Shown one piece after another: positions 45,274-62,059 of a stretch of 64,000 nt of DNA. The stretch comes from the human T2T-CHM13v2.0 reference genome, Homo sapiens. The notes under the pieces are model-generated. The model searched no databases. It saw only the letters and a list, made by a program, of their open reading frames with translations, and was not told the origin of the DNA. A program made the translations under genes and the position numbers. Where the stretch lies: assembly GCF_009914755.1 (NCBI RefSeq), contig NC_060932.1. One strand, given 5' to 3'. The stretch's first letter is position 1. Every line of letters begins with the position of its first letter.

Positions 45274-47994
45274 AGAAGAACTAAATATTACAAGGCTTAT
45301 CATGAAAAACAATGGTCTCTTTCTTGACCCTTTTCACCCTCAATTCCTGTTCCCCAGAGGCAGCTCCTTTCACACTTGTGGCTGCTTCTGCAGATAAGCT
45401 GTTCGGTGACCTCCATATTTTAAATACTGTGGCCGTATTGCTGTTTCGGTTTTTCAGTTTCAGGTATTATCTAGTGACTTTCTGATAGGGAAGTGAGAAT
45501 TTCGTTTTTAATCCGCCCCTCTGAGTGCACCTCACTCCCACATACACTCATCTGCTGTTTGCATGGACACATTCATGTGCAGGCTCTTTCCACTCTTGAT
45601 TGCAGTGTACATGATACATTTTGGTTAAATCGGTAGTTTATGTTTACATCATTATGACTGTGGAAGTTGTGTGTTAGGCTGAATCTCAGAGTGAACCATG
45701 AATATATTTCCTTTCGTGGAAAACTTTTTGTTTTCCCTGAGCTTGGCCTGGTGTCCTTTGAGTCCAGAGCTTCTCAGGCTCCACTTATGTGAACATGGAC
45801 CCAGTGCCCCCATTGGACACAGGGTGGCAGTGAGTGGGCACAGGCAAGGAGAGAAGGAGAGTCGCTCCCTCTTTTCAGCCTTCCACCCTCTGCCCTCTGC
45901 ACTTTGCCCCCTGCCCCACCCCAGACTGCTGTGGCTTCACCTGCGCCTCCTGCCCTTGAGGGGTTCTGAGCTCCAGGTTCTGAGCTCCAGATGGACTCCT
46001 CCCCCGCCCCAGCTGCCAGGCTTGGGTTTCCCTTTTTTTTTTTATTTGTTTGATTTCATTTCCCCAGACAGCTCTTATCTACTCTTTATTTTTGTTGGTT
46101 TATGTCTTTTTGTTTTCCTTTACTATCATTTTATTGGGGTTTTGGGGGTCAAGAGAAAAGCATGTGCTAAGTCCACCAGATTTAACCAGAGGTCAAAAAC
46201 CTTCCATTTTTATTGTCTAAATATTATTCAGTTAAGGATTCCCCCTCCCCATCTTAGTCCCCAACTGCCTTTGCTGAATCTTTAGCGTCTCCTGCCACAG
46301 TTATTGCAGTATTCCCTGACTGGCTTCCTCCTCCTGGACCAGTGATCTGCCCACGACCCCTCCCTCACACCTGTCCCCATGCCCCAGACCCACAGGACAG
46401 GGTCCAAGCTCATTAGCTTAGAAAGTACAACCCTTGGAATCACATGAATTCTTTTTTTGTTGCTAGTCTCCTAAGTTGCATTCATTCACTCAGTCATACA
46501 AATGGTGTATGTTTTCCCCACAATGTCACCCTGTTTGCTGCACTGTGCTTGAGTCTATGCTCTGCTTCCAGATGGAAGATCTGTGTCCTCCCACATCTGC
46601 CTCCTTGTCAGAGTTGAGTCTGGTGATCATCTCTGACCTGAAGCTTTCTCTGAACCATACTCGTTATGCAACCTGTTGCTGCTTTTCTGCCTGGTTGTAC
46701 TTCTCTTGTTACAATTACTGCACTGTGTTCTTTTTTAAATTTGTACATTTTTGCAGATTTCTCTGATGCCTGGCTTAATAGAAGACAGTTGCCTTCTCAT
46801 ATCTGCCTCTGCATTCAGTGTATTGGGGTGGCACATGTCGTTTTGCTTCGGAAAATTCCACTGCATTGTATACTGAGGGGATAATGCGAGATGAGAAAGG
46901 AAAATCACACGTTAGTGTTGTTATAAAGATAGTATTGACTTTACACACCCTCAGAAGGGGGTCAGGGATGCCAGGATGACATTCACTACCCTAGTGTCAC
47001 TTACCACATTGCATAGACCATACTGTGCCGTACAGAGGCACATATTTCTGAAACTTCCTTTATTCCTAATATATTTTGTAGAAATTTCTATATCAGTATG
47101 GATATGTGTTTTTTATTGCAGTGTACTTTATTTTTTCAAATAACTGTTCGTGTGTTAGATGTTGAACGGTGATAGGCCTGTGAGGGATAGTTGGAGAGGT
47201 GAGTAGAGGCCTTATAAAAACACTTAAACAGCAGATGAGTGAGAATATGCTCTAAACATGGGAGTGACAGAAGGTTTTTATCTAGGTTGGGAAGAAATTT
47301 AAGATTAATATTTCAGGAATGTATGAGTGAATTAGAAGAGGAGAAACAAATAGTAGGGCAGGAGATCATTTAGAAAATCATAATTATTTAGACTTGAGTG
47401 ACAGAATGCTAAGAAGGAGATAAGGGTCACAGGAATCCAGAGATACGAAGGTGGACAGGAGAAATGGCAGGTGTGTCCACAGGGCAGGAGGAGGAGGCTT
47501 GGCAATGCGGAGCATTGGTTGCACACCTGGGCCTTGGGGCTGATCGTGGTGTCTGGACAGAAACACAAAAAGGACAACCCAATTTTGGAGGAAAGAGATG
47601 TCCTCTGACTTCAATTTCTTTACGTCCCTTCTACCTCTGAATTATCTGTTTTATGGCCTGTTTACTATTAAATGATCCATTTAATAGCATTTACCCTTAG
47701 CTTTATGAGTACCATGCACTAATAATTTTGAAGTATGCTACAAGTCAAAAATTGTTGTGTAAAAATTGTACTTCCTTTACCTGCCTCTTGCTTCTGTTAT
47801 ACTTAAATACCAGATAGAGATGATTTTGGGAAGTTTGATTTATACTGACTTTTGTATTTGCTGTTGTATTTATTTTTTAAAAGTCTGTTAAAATGACCTA
47901 GCTATGGATTTCTTAAATTGCTAATACATGTGCAGATTTAGTGCTGTGTCAATGTATAATAGAAGCAAATACTCATTAGACTACCTTAATTTAA

Positions 47995-48099
<105 letters not shown>

Positions 48100-48506
48100 T
48101 GATTTCAATGTAGATAATGGCAATTAGGAATTTATTCGTTTTTATTTTTTATTTCTAGAAAATAAAACTTCTAGAAATATATTCAAGAGTTGTCTTAAAT
48201 ATGCTATTGATGATATTGTTCTTTTCACATAGCATTTTTAAGTGAATTACAGAGATTATTTTATCCTATGACTTCTTCGATAGCATTTGTATGAAATGGA
48301 AAAGCCTGTGGTTGGCCATGGGAAGACTAAAAGGTGCCAAGAGACAAGCAAACATTTAGGTGCTTTGGTAATTACTTCAGAATGAAGTTTGTTATATCTG
48401 TAGTCAAAATACCTGCATTCTGTTTAGCCAGATAAATCTCAAAAGTCCGATGGACCTACATCCAAGTGTGCAAAGTCATTTATTAGGAAAATCTGCTGTA
48501 CAAATA

Positions 48507-48954
48507 CAGTTGTCCTTCATTATCCACAGAGGATCAGTTCCGGGACCCCCACAGATAACAAAATCCACTGATGCTCAAGTCCCTTATATAAAATGCCATA
48601 GTATTTGCATGTAACCTACACAAATCCTCCCGTATACCTAAGAAAGAATTTTTTGTAGAGACAGGGTCTTTCTATGTTGCCCAAGCTAGTCTCAAACTCC
48701 TGGCCCCAAGTGATTCTCCTGCCTCAACCTCCCAATTGGGATTACAGGCGTGAGCCACTGCACCTGGCTCCTCCCATGTACTTTAAGTAATCTCTGGATT
48801 ATTTAAAATACCTAATACAATGTGAATGCTTTGTAAATAGTTGTTACACTGTATTTTTTTTTAATTTGTGTTAAATTTTTTTTCTTTTGAATATTTCCAA
48901 TCGCGACTGGTTGAATCCACAGATCTGGAACTTGCAGATACAGAGGGCAAACTG
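48507..48954. mobile_element. MER2 (Tigger) MITE with an inserted Alu monomer (~48648-48768)
   Basis: TIRs CAGTTGTCCTTC / GAGGGCAAACTG, with TA on both sides. Confidence 0.85.
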
Positions 48955-49854
48955 TAGAGTTAAAGACATTGCTTTCATTTGAGATAGAATTCACATTTTA
49001 ACCACAACCTTTTCGGCTTTCTATTTATGTAAAAGTTCTAATTGTGATTTCTTTATCTGAGGGTACTTTACTCTGAAACATCACAGCCAGCTTGTTTTCA
49101 CATGAGATTCTCTGTTAGAGGGAGGATTTGATGACTTTCTCCAAACTGAACTACATTTCCTGTAGACTAGAGGAGAAATAACTGTGAACTTCACATTTCC
49201 TGAAAATAGTCAATGATATTTCTTCGTTACATTTCATCTCAGACAAGCCATAGTTTGCCCATGCAGTGATAGATGAACTTCTTCAGTCTTACCTGATTAT
49301 AGGTGAACAAGTGTTCAGCAGTCTCTGGACTCCCTGTGACATGCTAAAATCAAGTGTTTATTGTAAAAACACATCAGTAGTACATGCATATTTTCTTTGT
49401 AAAACATTTAGTAAACACAGACTTCTCTTTGATTGCCCTCCCTCAATGTAAGCAGCTTTCAATTTGATGAGTATCCTAGGTGGCATTTCTTCAGTACATT
49501 ACACACATGTACACACTCACACATGCATGCTTGACGTGAAGGGGCTCTGCTATCTTATGTGTATCATTTGGTGAGTTGCCTTCTCTTCCCCAATTAACAA
49601 TATGGTTTTGACCATTTCATGTCGGTAGCTTTGACTCTACTCAGTTTTCTGTATTGCATTATACATTGTGACTGTTTTTCCGGTATTCATGTACTTTTAG
49701 TCACTGTCAGTTTTTGCTAAGTATATTACTTAAGCCACATATTTGAGTTTATTTCTCCAAGTCAGATATCTAGAGATAAAATTACTGGGTAAGAATACAT
49801 ACACATTTTGATTTTACCAGCTCCACCAATCATATACAAGATGACCTGTTTCTT

Positions 49855-50160
<306 letters not shown>

Positions 50161-51769
50161 CTATTTCGTGATACTCTGACCAATATTGGATGTTACTAAT
50201 CTTTTTAATTTTTCCTAATCTGAAGCATTAATGATTGCTTGTACACTTTACCACTTTAATTTTCATGTCTAAAAACCTTCCCTTTCCTTCTCTTTTCCAA
50301 ATGTAATTGCAAATTAAACCCGACTCAAGGCCTTATTCTTTTGGGTCCTTGAGATGGTTCTGTGCCTCTGTCTCCCCCCTCACCCTGTCTGCTGCCTGCC
50401 TGCCCAGCTTGCTGTTCCTCAAGCATGCCAATCGTATTTCTGTTTCAGAGCCATTGCGTTATCTGTTTCCTCTGTCTGGAACATTCTTCCCCCAAAATCC
50501 TTACACGTGACCCGTTTTCCAGCCTCCCTATGGCTTTGTGTAGATGTTACTTTCTCTGTGAGACCTATCCTGCCACCCGTTTATACCAGCAGTTCCTTCC
50601 CACTTGTGCCAACTATGCAAGTCTCTTTTCATCTGCAGTGCTGACTGGCTCCTCCTAACACACTGTAGTAATGTGGGCAGTTTGATGGAATACAGTTGCT
50701 AGAGAAGATTCACAGGACCCCAAAATAACAATGTGTCCAACCTGCACCGTACCTGAGAACCAGGAAGCGCAAGATGGAGTGTCTTCTTGTATACTGCTGG
50801 CCCTGAGTCTATATGAACCAGCCCCACTGGCAGAGCCTCCAGGCAAATCCTTCATCTCACTACTCATAAACAATGTTGACAGGCCAGCACAATCTGTCCC
50901 CAAACTTCCCGGACCTGTGGCTATAAAGCACCACTGTCTAATTAGTACATTTTGTGTCATGCAGGTACTTTAGTGAAAGCAGTGCAGGCCGGTTCCAAGC
51001 CTGTTGAAATGAACCTCCCAAGACACATACAATTTACTTATTTATTATGTTTATTTGCTGTCATTCCTTACCAGCATACAAGCTCCATGATGACAAGGAT
51101 CTTTCTAGGTTGCAAGACCAGCGCCTGACATAAAGTCATGTTTTTTGTCAATAAATGAGTGAATAACTAACAGAGCAAGATCCCCAGTATAGGCATTAGC
51201 CTTGAGTAGCTAAAAGAAGTTCTTTCTATGAGACTGGAGCAAAAGAAGTTAGCGTTTACGTGGGTAGCTAGCTACCCATGTAAGCAAATTTGGGCTGGTA
51301 GCTTCGCGCTGAAAACCAAGGAACCTAGACAGATGACTTAAATTTCCCTGGGGTCCTATAAGAAAGAAGTCAGGCATAAAAGTGTTATAGGTAAAATCGA
51401 TGTGAAGTTCAGTATGTGTATTTGTGCTGATGGCTGGGCTAAAGACGGGAAGTCAATGGGCAGTTCCAAGAACAGAAAGTGGGGTGGGTAAGGCTGGGAA
51501 CGTGAGGTGTGTTTCAAAGGAAACATTTCCCCTGTCTGAGGATGGTTAAGAGTAGAGTTAACCCAAGACCTTCCTGTGGATATCAGCCTGGGGTTTCATG
51601 TGTTTGTGAGTGTAGTTACAGTTTTTGGGTTTTACTGGCTGATTGGAGTTACTGTGATTTAATGACGGTAGGGCAAGCATAATCATGGTTCTTTTCTTTG
51701 GTAATTATAAAATAGAAATTGTTTTATTACTGTGTCGTGGTCTTGCAGGGAGGATGACGTGAGAATAGT

Positions 51770-52210
51770 GCTACCAAGCAGGCAGTGGGCGTGCTGCCAA
51801 CCCACATAGAGTCCAAGATCATGCCACTTGTTTTGAGAAAAGAAAGGCTTTATTGCAAGTTGCCTGGCAAGGAGACAGGAGGAAACTCTCAAATCCGCCT
51901 CCCTGAGGTGGGGGCTCAGGCAGTTTCATAGGCAGAGAAAACAAAGTGTGATCTGATTGGATCTTGCAATGGGGTGATGCTGGGAGGTGTCATCTGACTG
52001 GGTTGTGTCACAAGGTGATGCCAGGGCTCAATCTGATTGGATCATGGATTATGCCATCAGGTGTTTACTCCTTAATTTGGCCCCCGTTCCTTGGTCTAAG
52101 TGCTTAGGTTCTGCCCGTGGTTACATGCTTGGTTCACCTGGGCATGCTCAAGTGACGTAACTTGCAACTTCAGGGGCCGTGGCAATTAAACAGTTCACCA
52201 TTTTGATACA
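51770..52210 (-). mobile_element. ERV LTR-like remnant, antisense (family uncertain)
   Basis: GGCTTTATTG (reverse AATAAA), GGAGACAGGAGG...CTCAAATCCGCCTCCCTGA and repeated CTGATTGGATC. Confidence 0.55.
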
Positions 52211-52551
52211 CAAAGTTGAACTAGATTGGGCTGGTTTGGTGGTAAGAACAGCAAAAAATCGAAAGAGACTGGCTAAAAACTTTCATGGAAACTAAGAATG
52301 CTAGGATCATGAAAATGTCTCACAAAGCATAATACAGAGCCTTTTATACAGTCTTTTAAATTCTGTCCATTTTCTTTATAACTGCACAAAAAAATAAATA
52401 TTGCCAGTTCACATACAGTGCAAGAAACACCTCTTTTAGAATTTTTTATTACTGATGTTATAAAAGGTATCAGAAATGTATGCGAAAGGGCTTTTTCTCC
52501 TGCCTTAAGCAGTTGCAGTACAGCATTAATTTTTGTGTTCTTTTTGCACAG

Positions 52552-52666
52552 CGTAAATGTATGCAGCCCAAAGATTTTAATTTTAAAACACCAGAAAATG
52601 ATAAGAGATTTCAGAAGAAATTTGAGAAAATGGCTAAAGAGCTACAAAGGCAAAAAACAAATCTAG
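52552..52666 (+). CDS. MCPH1: MCPH1 exon 5 (c.322-436; [38 protein letters not shown])
   Basis: TGCACAG| acceptor, TAG|GTAAGC donor, 115 nt. Confidence 0.97.
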
Positions 52667-53191
52667 GTAAGCTAAGAAATATAATACAGTTCTTTGCATT
52701 TGTGTCCATACACCTTGTTTAATTTGCATGATGACTAGTGGGGTTCAGCATGAGAGAGCTGATGAAGACTATGATAGCTTTACTCTATGAAGGAGAAAAC
52801 AAAATGTCAGGAGCCTGCGGGAGACTTGGCTGGGAGCCATAATAGAGCCACGCAGCTTGAGCTAATCGACCACAGTCTTAACCATTCATCAAGGTGGTCG
52901 AACTTTTTATTTTCGGGAATGATTTCAGAAGAAAAGCAAACTTTGGCTAATAAGCATTATTGAAATAAATACCTATTTATTTCTTCTTTATATATAACTT
53001 TGTATTTTTACCTAATTGGCATTTTTGTTTTGTTACCCTGAATAGGCAAATCTTAGATGATACATTATTTTAGTGATTTGGGAAAATACTTTAGAATATT
53101 ATGTTCTATAACAAGATGTCTTAGAAAAAAATATATGTATTCTTATGTATATATATTGTTAAATAATATTTTTATATATAAGAATATTATG

Positions 53192-53541
<350 letters not shown>

Positions 53542-53708
53542 TCACTGTCGTCTAAAGTCAGTATTTCCTACTAATTCTGACACAGCATTGCTACAGATAA
53601 GCAATTATGGTCACTAGAAATTCCTAGGAAGCATTAATTCCTCTAGTTTTTGTTTTCTTTGTTTTAATCTATGTTACTATGTCACAGATTCTCTATTCTG
53701 TGTTTTGA

Positions 53709-54032
<324 letters not shown>

Positions 54033-55413
54033 AAGATTTATTTTAAATCTGTGACGATAATGCGACAGAACTGGGTAGAACACTTAGCCCACATAGTGCT
54101 GCCACATAATTTTCCAGAAACATGGCCTGCATCATTTGTTTCATGCTCAGCCCTCCCGCTGCCTCACCTGGTGCGTGTCCATCCTTCCTTCACACCAGCT
54201 GTCTCGTCTTCGTCAAAGCTCAAGCCAGAAACGTGCAATCGTCCTTGACATCTCCTTCTTCCTGACACTAACCCCCATCAAGACCATGGCCCTGCTTCTG
54301 AAATAGTTGTTTGACTTCTTCTGTTTTCTCCTTCCCTCCTCTCTCCCCTGATGCCTGGATCATCCCTCCTGCACCACTGCAGCCACTCCTTACGCTGCCC
54401 TCCACTGTCTCCTTACAGTTCATCTCTGTGCTGCAGTCACAATGGTGAAAACTTTAAACCAGAAGGACATCCCCTCCCTGGTTTAAAATTTCCTGGTGTC
54501 ATCCCAAGGAAAAATATTCAGGATAAAATCCTGTATTTATCATATCCTCCAATTTACTAGGTGCTTTATGATCTGGCCTCTCTTTCTAGCCTCATAGCAA
54601 TATTGCACACTCTCCTATAATTCTTTATACTTTTGTCACTTTGGCCTTCTTTCCTATGTCAGTGACAGTGTATTTGAAAATACTTTGGCAACATGGTAAT
54701 GATAGATACAAAATTTTCTTCTTAGACCAAATATGTATCGTAATTAAAAACTATATGTATAAAGTATTAATGATTCAACTAATGTACATTTGTATATTGT
54801 CAGAACTACAGTAAGGGTGATTCAGGCTTAAGAGTCCCAAAGGAGAATATATTAAATGATTCTTGGTATTTTTTTGTTGGGGGTGAGTATCAAAGTTCTG
54901 AAGGGCTCTTTGAGCATATGCAAGGTAGCATTCCAGAAAAAAACACAACTCTGCACCCACACAAAACGAGCTCATAACTTCATGGTTCCGGGACCATGCT
55001 GATCCCACTTCATGCAGTCAAGTTCATGTCTGGGTCTGTGAGTGTGTTTGAGGGTAGGAGTGATGGTTAATGGGGGCAGTTTCTGAAACCTGAGACAAGA
55101 AACAGAAACTAAATTGCATTCCAGCTTTACAACTTTTAACTTCTGTGTCTCAGTCTTTGTCTTCAAGTGGGGATACTGATTTGGGTTTGGATTTGAGGTT
55201 GGATGCACTAATGCATATATTGTTCTTAGCACAGTGCTTGGTGAGGGCAGTTGCTCAGCAGATGTGAGCCAGCAGCTGTAGCAGCAACATCACTGCCTGT
55301 GGAGGTGGTGGAGGTAGAATATTAGCAGGAGTAGGTAATGATGTTGAAAGGGAAGAAGGAAAACGGGGTGTGGGGGGTTGTTCTTTAAAAGGAATCACAT
55401 TCCTGAAGTATGA

Positions 55414-55605
<192 letters not shown>

Positions 55606-55897
55606 TAATTAGTTTGTAAAATGAAAATTATGCAAATAGCCGATTCAATTATGGTGGAAAGCTTCTTTTTTCTTTGCCTAGATATTTTAATGTTTCCTGG
55701 TAGTAACACATTTTGACTTATTTCATGGCTGGCTTTGTTTTCCAGAAAATCTTATGCATCATTAAGATTTTTGAAGCATATGTTGGGTGTATAGTATTCT
55801 TCAAGTTTAAAATCCTATTTGTTGTAGCTCCTTTGTAATTTCTATTATCTTTGGAATTTTTTCTTTCTTTTTTTTTAAAAAAAAAATGAATCATGTC

Positions 55898-56206
<309 letters not shown>

Positions 56207-58082
56207 GTGAATCATGTCTTTTGAAGGAATTTGCTTTAGATTAATGTATCTAAGGAATCAGTTTGTTTTTCATTATTTCTTTTATCTTTAAAATTTTTAA
56301 TTACTGAAGTGTAATTCACATTTTAATAAAACATTTATCAAAGTAGCTAATAGTAAAAGTTCATCTTGATACCCATCTAATTGTACTCTTCTACCTGGGG
56401 GTAACCTGTATTTTAAGTTTAAGTGTTTTCCCAGATCTGTTTCAGTGTATCAGATATCTGTGTATACATGAAAAAGATACGGGTTTGGTTTCTGTGTGGA
56501 GGTGTAATTTCTGTTTTACCTAAATTAGATAATGACATATGTATTATTATCCGCTTTATTTACTTAAGAGTATCCTGGAGGGTTTGTTTGCAGCTTAGTT
56601 GTTGTAGACCTATTTTTGTTTTAAGATGCTCAAAGTAGTCTACAGTTTTGATATTGAAAATCTATTGGTGGGTATTTTTTTCCCAGTTATTAGAAATTGT
56701 GTTGCAGTTTTTATTCTTTTTTTAACCATATGGTTTGGTTGTTCTTGTTTTTTTGTTAAGCCATTTTCCTTTCTCTAGACATAAGTCTTTCCAGCTTCCC
56801 ACCCCGACTTTTTACTGTTATAACCCCTGCATGTGCCTACGTGAATCCTTGTATTTCTGAGTACTTCGTGTATTTCAATAATACTAATTCATACATGCAG
56901 AATTTGATTTTTTAAAGACATAGAGTCTCCCTGTGTTGCGCAGGCAGGACATGCACTCCTGGGCTCAAGTACTTCTGCCTCACCCTCTCAAGTAGCTAGG
57001 AATACAGGTGTGTGCCACGATCCCTGGCTTATTGATAGATATAGTCAAATTATCCTTCAAAAAATTTGAGTCATCTTATTGTCACCAGTTGTTTATAAGA
57101 ATGCCCCTTTCTCCATACTTGGAAAACTGAATGGCATTAGCCTGTAGCCTTTTTCAGTCGGAAGCTTGAAAAACTGGATCTGTTCTTGAAGTTACTTTTG
57201 ATTAGAAGCAGGTTTAAGTGCCTTTTCATATTACTGACTGACTTACCGAATGCAGCTTTTAATGTGATCAACTATTACCTCGCTTAATTTTATGTCCTTT
57301 GTCCATCTGTATCAGTTAAGGTTAGTTTCGGCTGCATATAACAAAGACAAAAACCAATGTGTTACAATCGATAGAATTGCCTTTCTCTGTCTTGCCTAGT
57401 TCAGAAGTAGGCAGCCAGGGCTGGGATGCCATTCCATGGTGTCTTTAAGAAACTAGGTTCCCATCTTTCTGTTGTACCTGCCTGGCTTTTCTTGCAAAAT
57501 GTGTGTGCCTCCCAGCTAAGCCATCTCCTTTTGACAGCCTTACCAGACGTCTATCCAATATTCCTGTCTAATTCCATTGGCTGGAATGTGGTCATATGGC
57601 CACCCCTTTTGCAAGCAAGACTGAAATGTAGTCTTGACTGGGATGCATTGCTGTCCTGATAAAATCAAAGTTCTGTTGTTAAGAAGAAGTGAGAATGGAC
57701 ATTGAGGTAGATAACTAGCTGTGTCCCAGGTGGACATCCAAATTGTTTCAGTGTGCAATTATGTGTATAAACTAATTTGCCTTAAACTTTACTTTTTCTA
57801 TTACTTGGCAGTGTTAATTCTGCTACTTTACTGCGTCCAGTACAGTTTAAAACTTAACTGAAAATTTTATGTGTGCTTCCCTTCCTTATCTTGGTTTATT
57901 CTCTTTTTTTTGCTGAAGTTTTCTCAGAAAAGTATCCTTTTGAGTCTCTAAAAAATATCTTTGGATATAAGATCCAAACATTTCTTTTGTTTCTTGACTA
58001 TTGTATGAACCGCCTTTGAAGATAATACTTACGATCTTATTTGTTAAGTCATTGACATCCTAAGTGTTTTCTATGAAACCTC

Positions 58083-58304
58083 TAGGATTTCTCAACCCAG
58101 CACAGCTGACATTTGGGTCTGGGTAATTCTTTGTTGGGGGCACTGCCCTGTGTGTGGTAGGAAGCTCAGCAGCATCCCTGCCTCTCCCCACTAACACTAG
58201 CAGTGTACCTACTGCTCTCCCTCACTGGCGATATCCAAAAATGTGTCCAGACATTACCAAATATCTGCTGGGACCCCAACGTCACCTCTGGTTGGGAAGC
58301 AGTG
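58083..58304 (+). mobile_element. MER20 DNA transposon
   Basis: TTTCTCAACC...TGACATTTGGG...AATTCTTTGTTG...CAGCAGCATCCCTG...TGTCCAGACATTACCAAAT...CTGGTTGGGAAGCAGTG. Confidence 0.82.
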
Positions 58305-58572
58305 CTCTAGTTTTAGAGGTAACTATGATGAGCATCCTTGAAGAAAAATCCATGATTATCAAATAAGAAGACTAGAACAGACTGGAAATGTTCACTTAAT
58401 TCTGTTGAGCTTCTGATTAGATTCAGGCAAGTTGACTTTAAGATCCCTTCTAACTTTGTGATTATAGGATTTAATAGAATCACCTATGATTAATAGGAGG
58501 ACTTCCTGCTGGCTTCGTCTGCTAAGAAATACTGAAACTTTATCTAATGCAGTGTCTTGGTCCTGTTTTTAG

Positions 58573-58662
58573 CTTCCCAAATGATTCAGCAGTCTCATGA
58601 TAATCCAAGTAACTCTCTGTGTGAAGCACCTTTGAACATTTCACGTGATACTTTGTGTTCAG
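58573..58662 (+). CDS. MCPH1: MCPH1 exon 7 (c.581-670; [30 protein letters not shown])
   Basis: TTTTTAG| acceptor, CAG|GTAAAA donor, 90 nt. Confidence 0.96.
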
Positions 58663-59529
58663 GTAAAATTTTTATTTTCCTTTCTGTGATATGTTTAAGT
58701 TTTGAGAATAATATGATTTTCTGATTTAGAATTTCATGTAGCAACTTCTGATGAGTAAAATAATTAGTTAAAACTAGAACTTCTAAATTTCCCCCTGAAA
58801 TTAGGTATTATAATAAAATTAAGGCATGAGTTAAACTTCCTTTTTGGTTCCTATAGGTTTTTTTTTCCTAGGCATTTGCTTTCTTGCTACAGAATCCATT
58901 GCTCTATTTAAAAAATTATTGTGAACGTATATGAACTAATCTGTATGCAGTTTAAACTACATAGAACTGAGGTCAGAGCTAAGGAAATGTTGTTTCACAC
59001 AATGTATAATTAACACAAGGAACCTGTTATTGAACGGGGTCAGTGAAGTATGTAAAGATCGTCAATTGAGGAGATAAATAGAGGATTTCTAATTAGAAGC
59101 AGAAAGAACACTGGTAGGAATTAGTGCAGTTAGTTCCATGTTACGCACATACATGTTTGTAATGTGGGAGCCCTAGTTCCACTTAGGATGGTAATTTTTC
59201 ATGGTCATATCTTCTTCGTACCAAATTTCTTACAGTTTCTTCACCTAGTCCCCAGTGGGGCTCAAGTAAGTAGCAGTGATCCCTGAAAGTACTATGTTCA
59301 AAAGTGCTTGAGATGTTATGGAAAATTTATCATGAAAGCCACAGCAATGACAAAGCGCAAGATGGCATCAAGATATTAGAAGTTTCAAACAAAGCCTCCT
59401 TTCAGCGCAGGGTTAATCCTTGTACTCTCACCTCTGTGTGCTGGAATTATTTACCCATTTCTCTTAAACAGTCTCCATCTTTTTATTTTACACTTGTTAC
59501 ATTTATTTCCTAGAAGTTGGAAACAAGTG

Positions 59530-59770
59530 ATAATAATAGCTAACATTGATTTCATTTTTGTTGTTGTAGGCACTCCTCTAAGTGTCTTATTCACTGTTAT
59601 CTCATTTATTCTCCCATTAGCCTTAAGAGGTAGGTTCCATCACCATCCCATTTTGCCAGTGAAAAACCAGGACACAGAGGTCAAACAGCTTGTCCAAGGT
59701 CATGTGGTTTGTGAATGGCAAACCCAAGCTTCTAACTTAGGCAGTCTGACATCACAGATTACACTCTTAG
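59530..59770 (-). mobile_element. MIR remnant
   Basis: CCCATTTTGCCAGTGAAAAACCAGGACACAGAGGTCAAACAGCTTGTCCAAGGTCA core. Confidence 0.7.
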
Positions 59771-60889
59771 TGACATGTCACATTGCTTATCGGGTTTTTG
59801 AAAAGTGTGATAAAACATAAAACAATTTTAGATGCTGAATAAGATATATTGAGCATCTAAAATTAAAAGTGACCTTATTTCCAATTACTGCCTTGAAGAC
59901 ACCTGGGGCACAGTTGGAAGGGAAGCTTTGGTGGTTACCTGTGTTCTTCCTTTTTAAAGTAGAACTTCAGTGATTTCAGACAGAGAGTTCTAACACTTAC
60001 GTGACCTCCAGATTGAGTGATTTCTACAAAACACAGGCCCTCCACCAGCAAGTGCTGAGCCCCTATTGAGGGAGCCAGCACGGGACTAGAGACTTCTTCA
60101 TATTCATTCCAGTAGCTTATAGCACAGTGACGGGCAGATGCCCACGTAACCATGGGGCAGTATGATGCATGATGGTGTGTAGCAGAGGGGGCAAGGCCAG
60201 GGAGAGCTGGCAAGGGCAGTGGGAGGGTCCCAGGGATGTTGACAACCCAGGTGGGTTTGGAAGGATGAATTGTATTTACCCAGAATAAAGTGTGGAGGAA
60301 AGGGGAAGGCCCAGAGGGTACAGAGGAGTATAGAATATTTAGGAGGTAGCAGCAGCTTAGCATTACTCTCAGGAAATGAGTAATCCATATAAGAGTTGAA
60401 ACATTAAAGCCTACCAAATGGCTCACTTTTGAATATCAGTGTAATACGAGGACTTTAGTGGAAGACAGGGAAGGTAAGGGTGAGCTGTGTTCATTGAGGG
60501 AATGTTTCATGCAAGTCTAGAACTTTCCCTAGATCTTACAACAGTAGTTCTTAGGTTTTAGAATTATTGATCTCCTGGAAAATTTAGTGACAAACTATGG
60601 ATGCTCTTTTGGAAAATGTGCACATGCATATGGAAATTTGCCTAAAATTTTTAGAAGTTTGTTACACCTCTTCTCTATCCCCACTGCTATCCCATACACC
60701 CATCAAAGCCCAGGTTCTCTAGTTAAAAATACTGGCCTAAAATGTACCCTTAAGTGGAAATGAGAAGAACTCAAGTGTGGTTAATAGTCTTCTTAACTAA
60801 TAGCTGTACTTTAAAAGTTGTTTTATTGGTCAACTGAAAGTTGAATATAGAATAATTTAAACCACTTTTAAAAGTTAGCTCTCCGTTAA

Positions 60890-62059
<1,170 letters not shown>

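Noticed and set aside
45698-46285. 195-aa ORF in intron 3
   Set aside because: Leu/Phe/Pro-biased, no recognisable domain, and set in pyrimidine-rich, probably repeat-derived sequence.
60543-60735. Possible hAT MITE upstream of exon 8 (CAGTAGTTCTTA...TTAAAAATACTG)
   Set aside because: Only weak terminal inverted similarity; the family cannot be assigned without a search.
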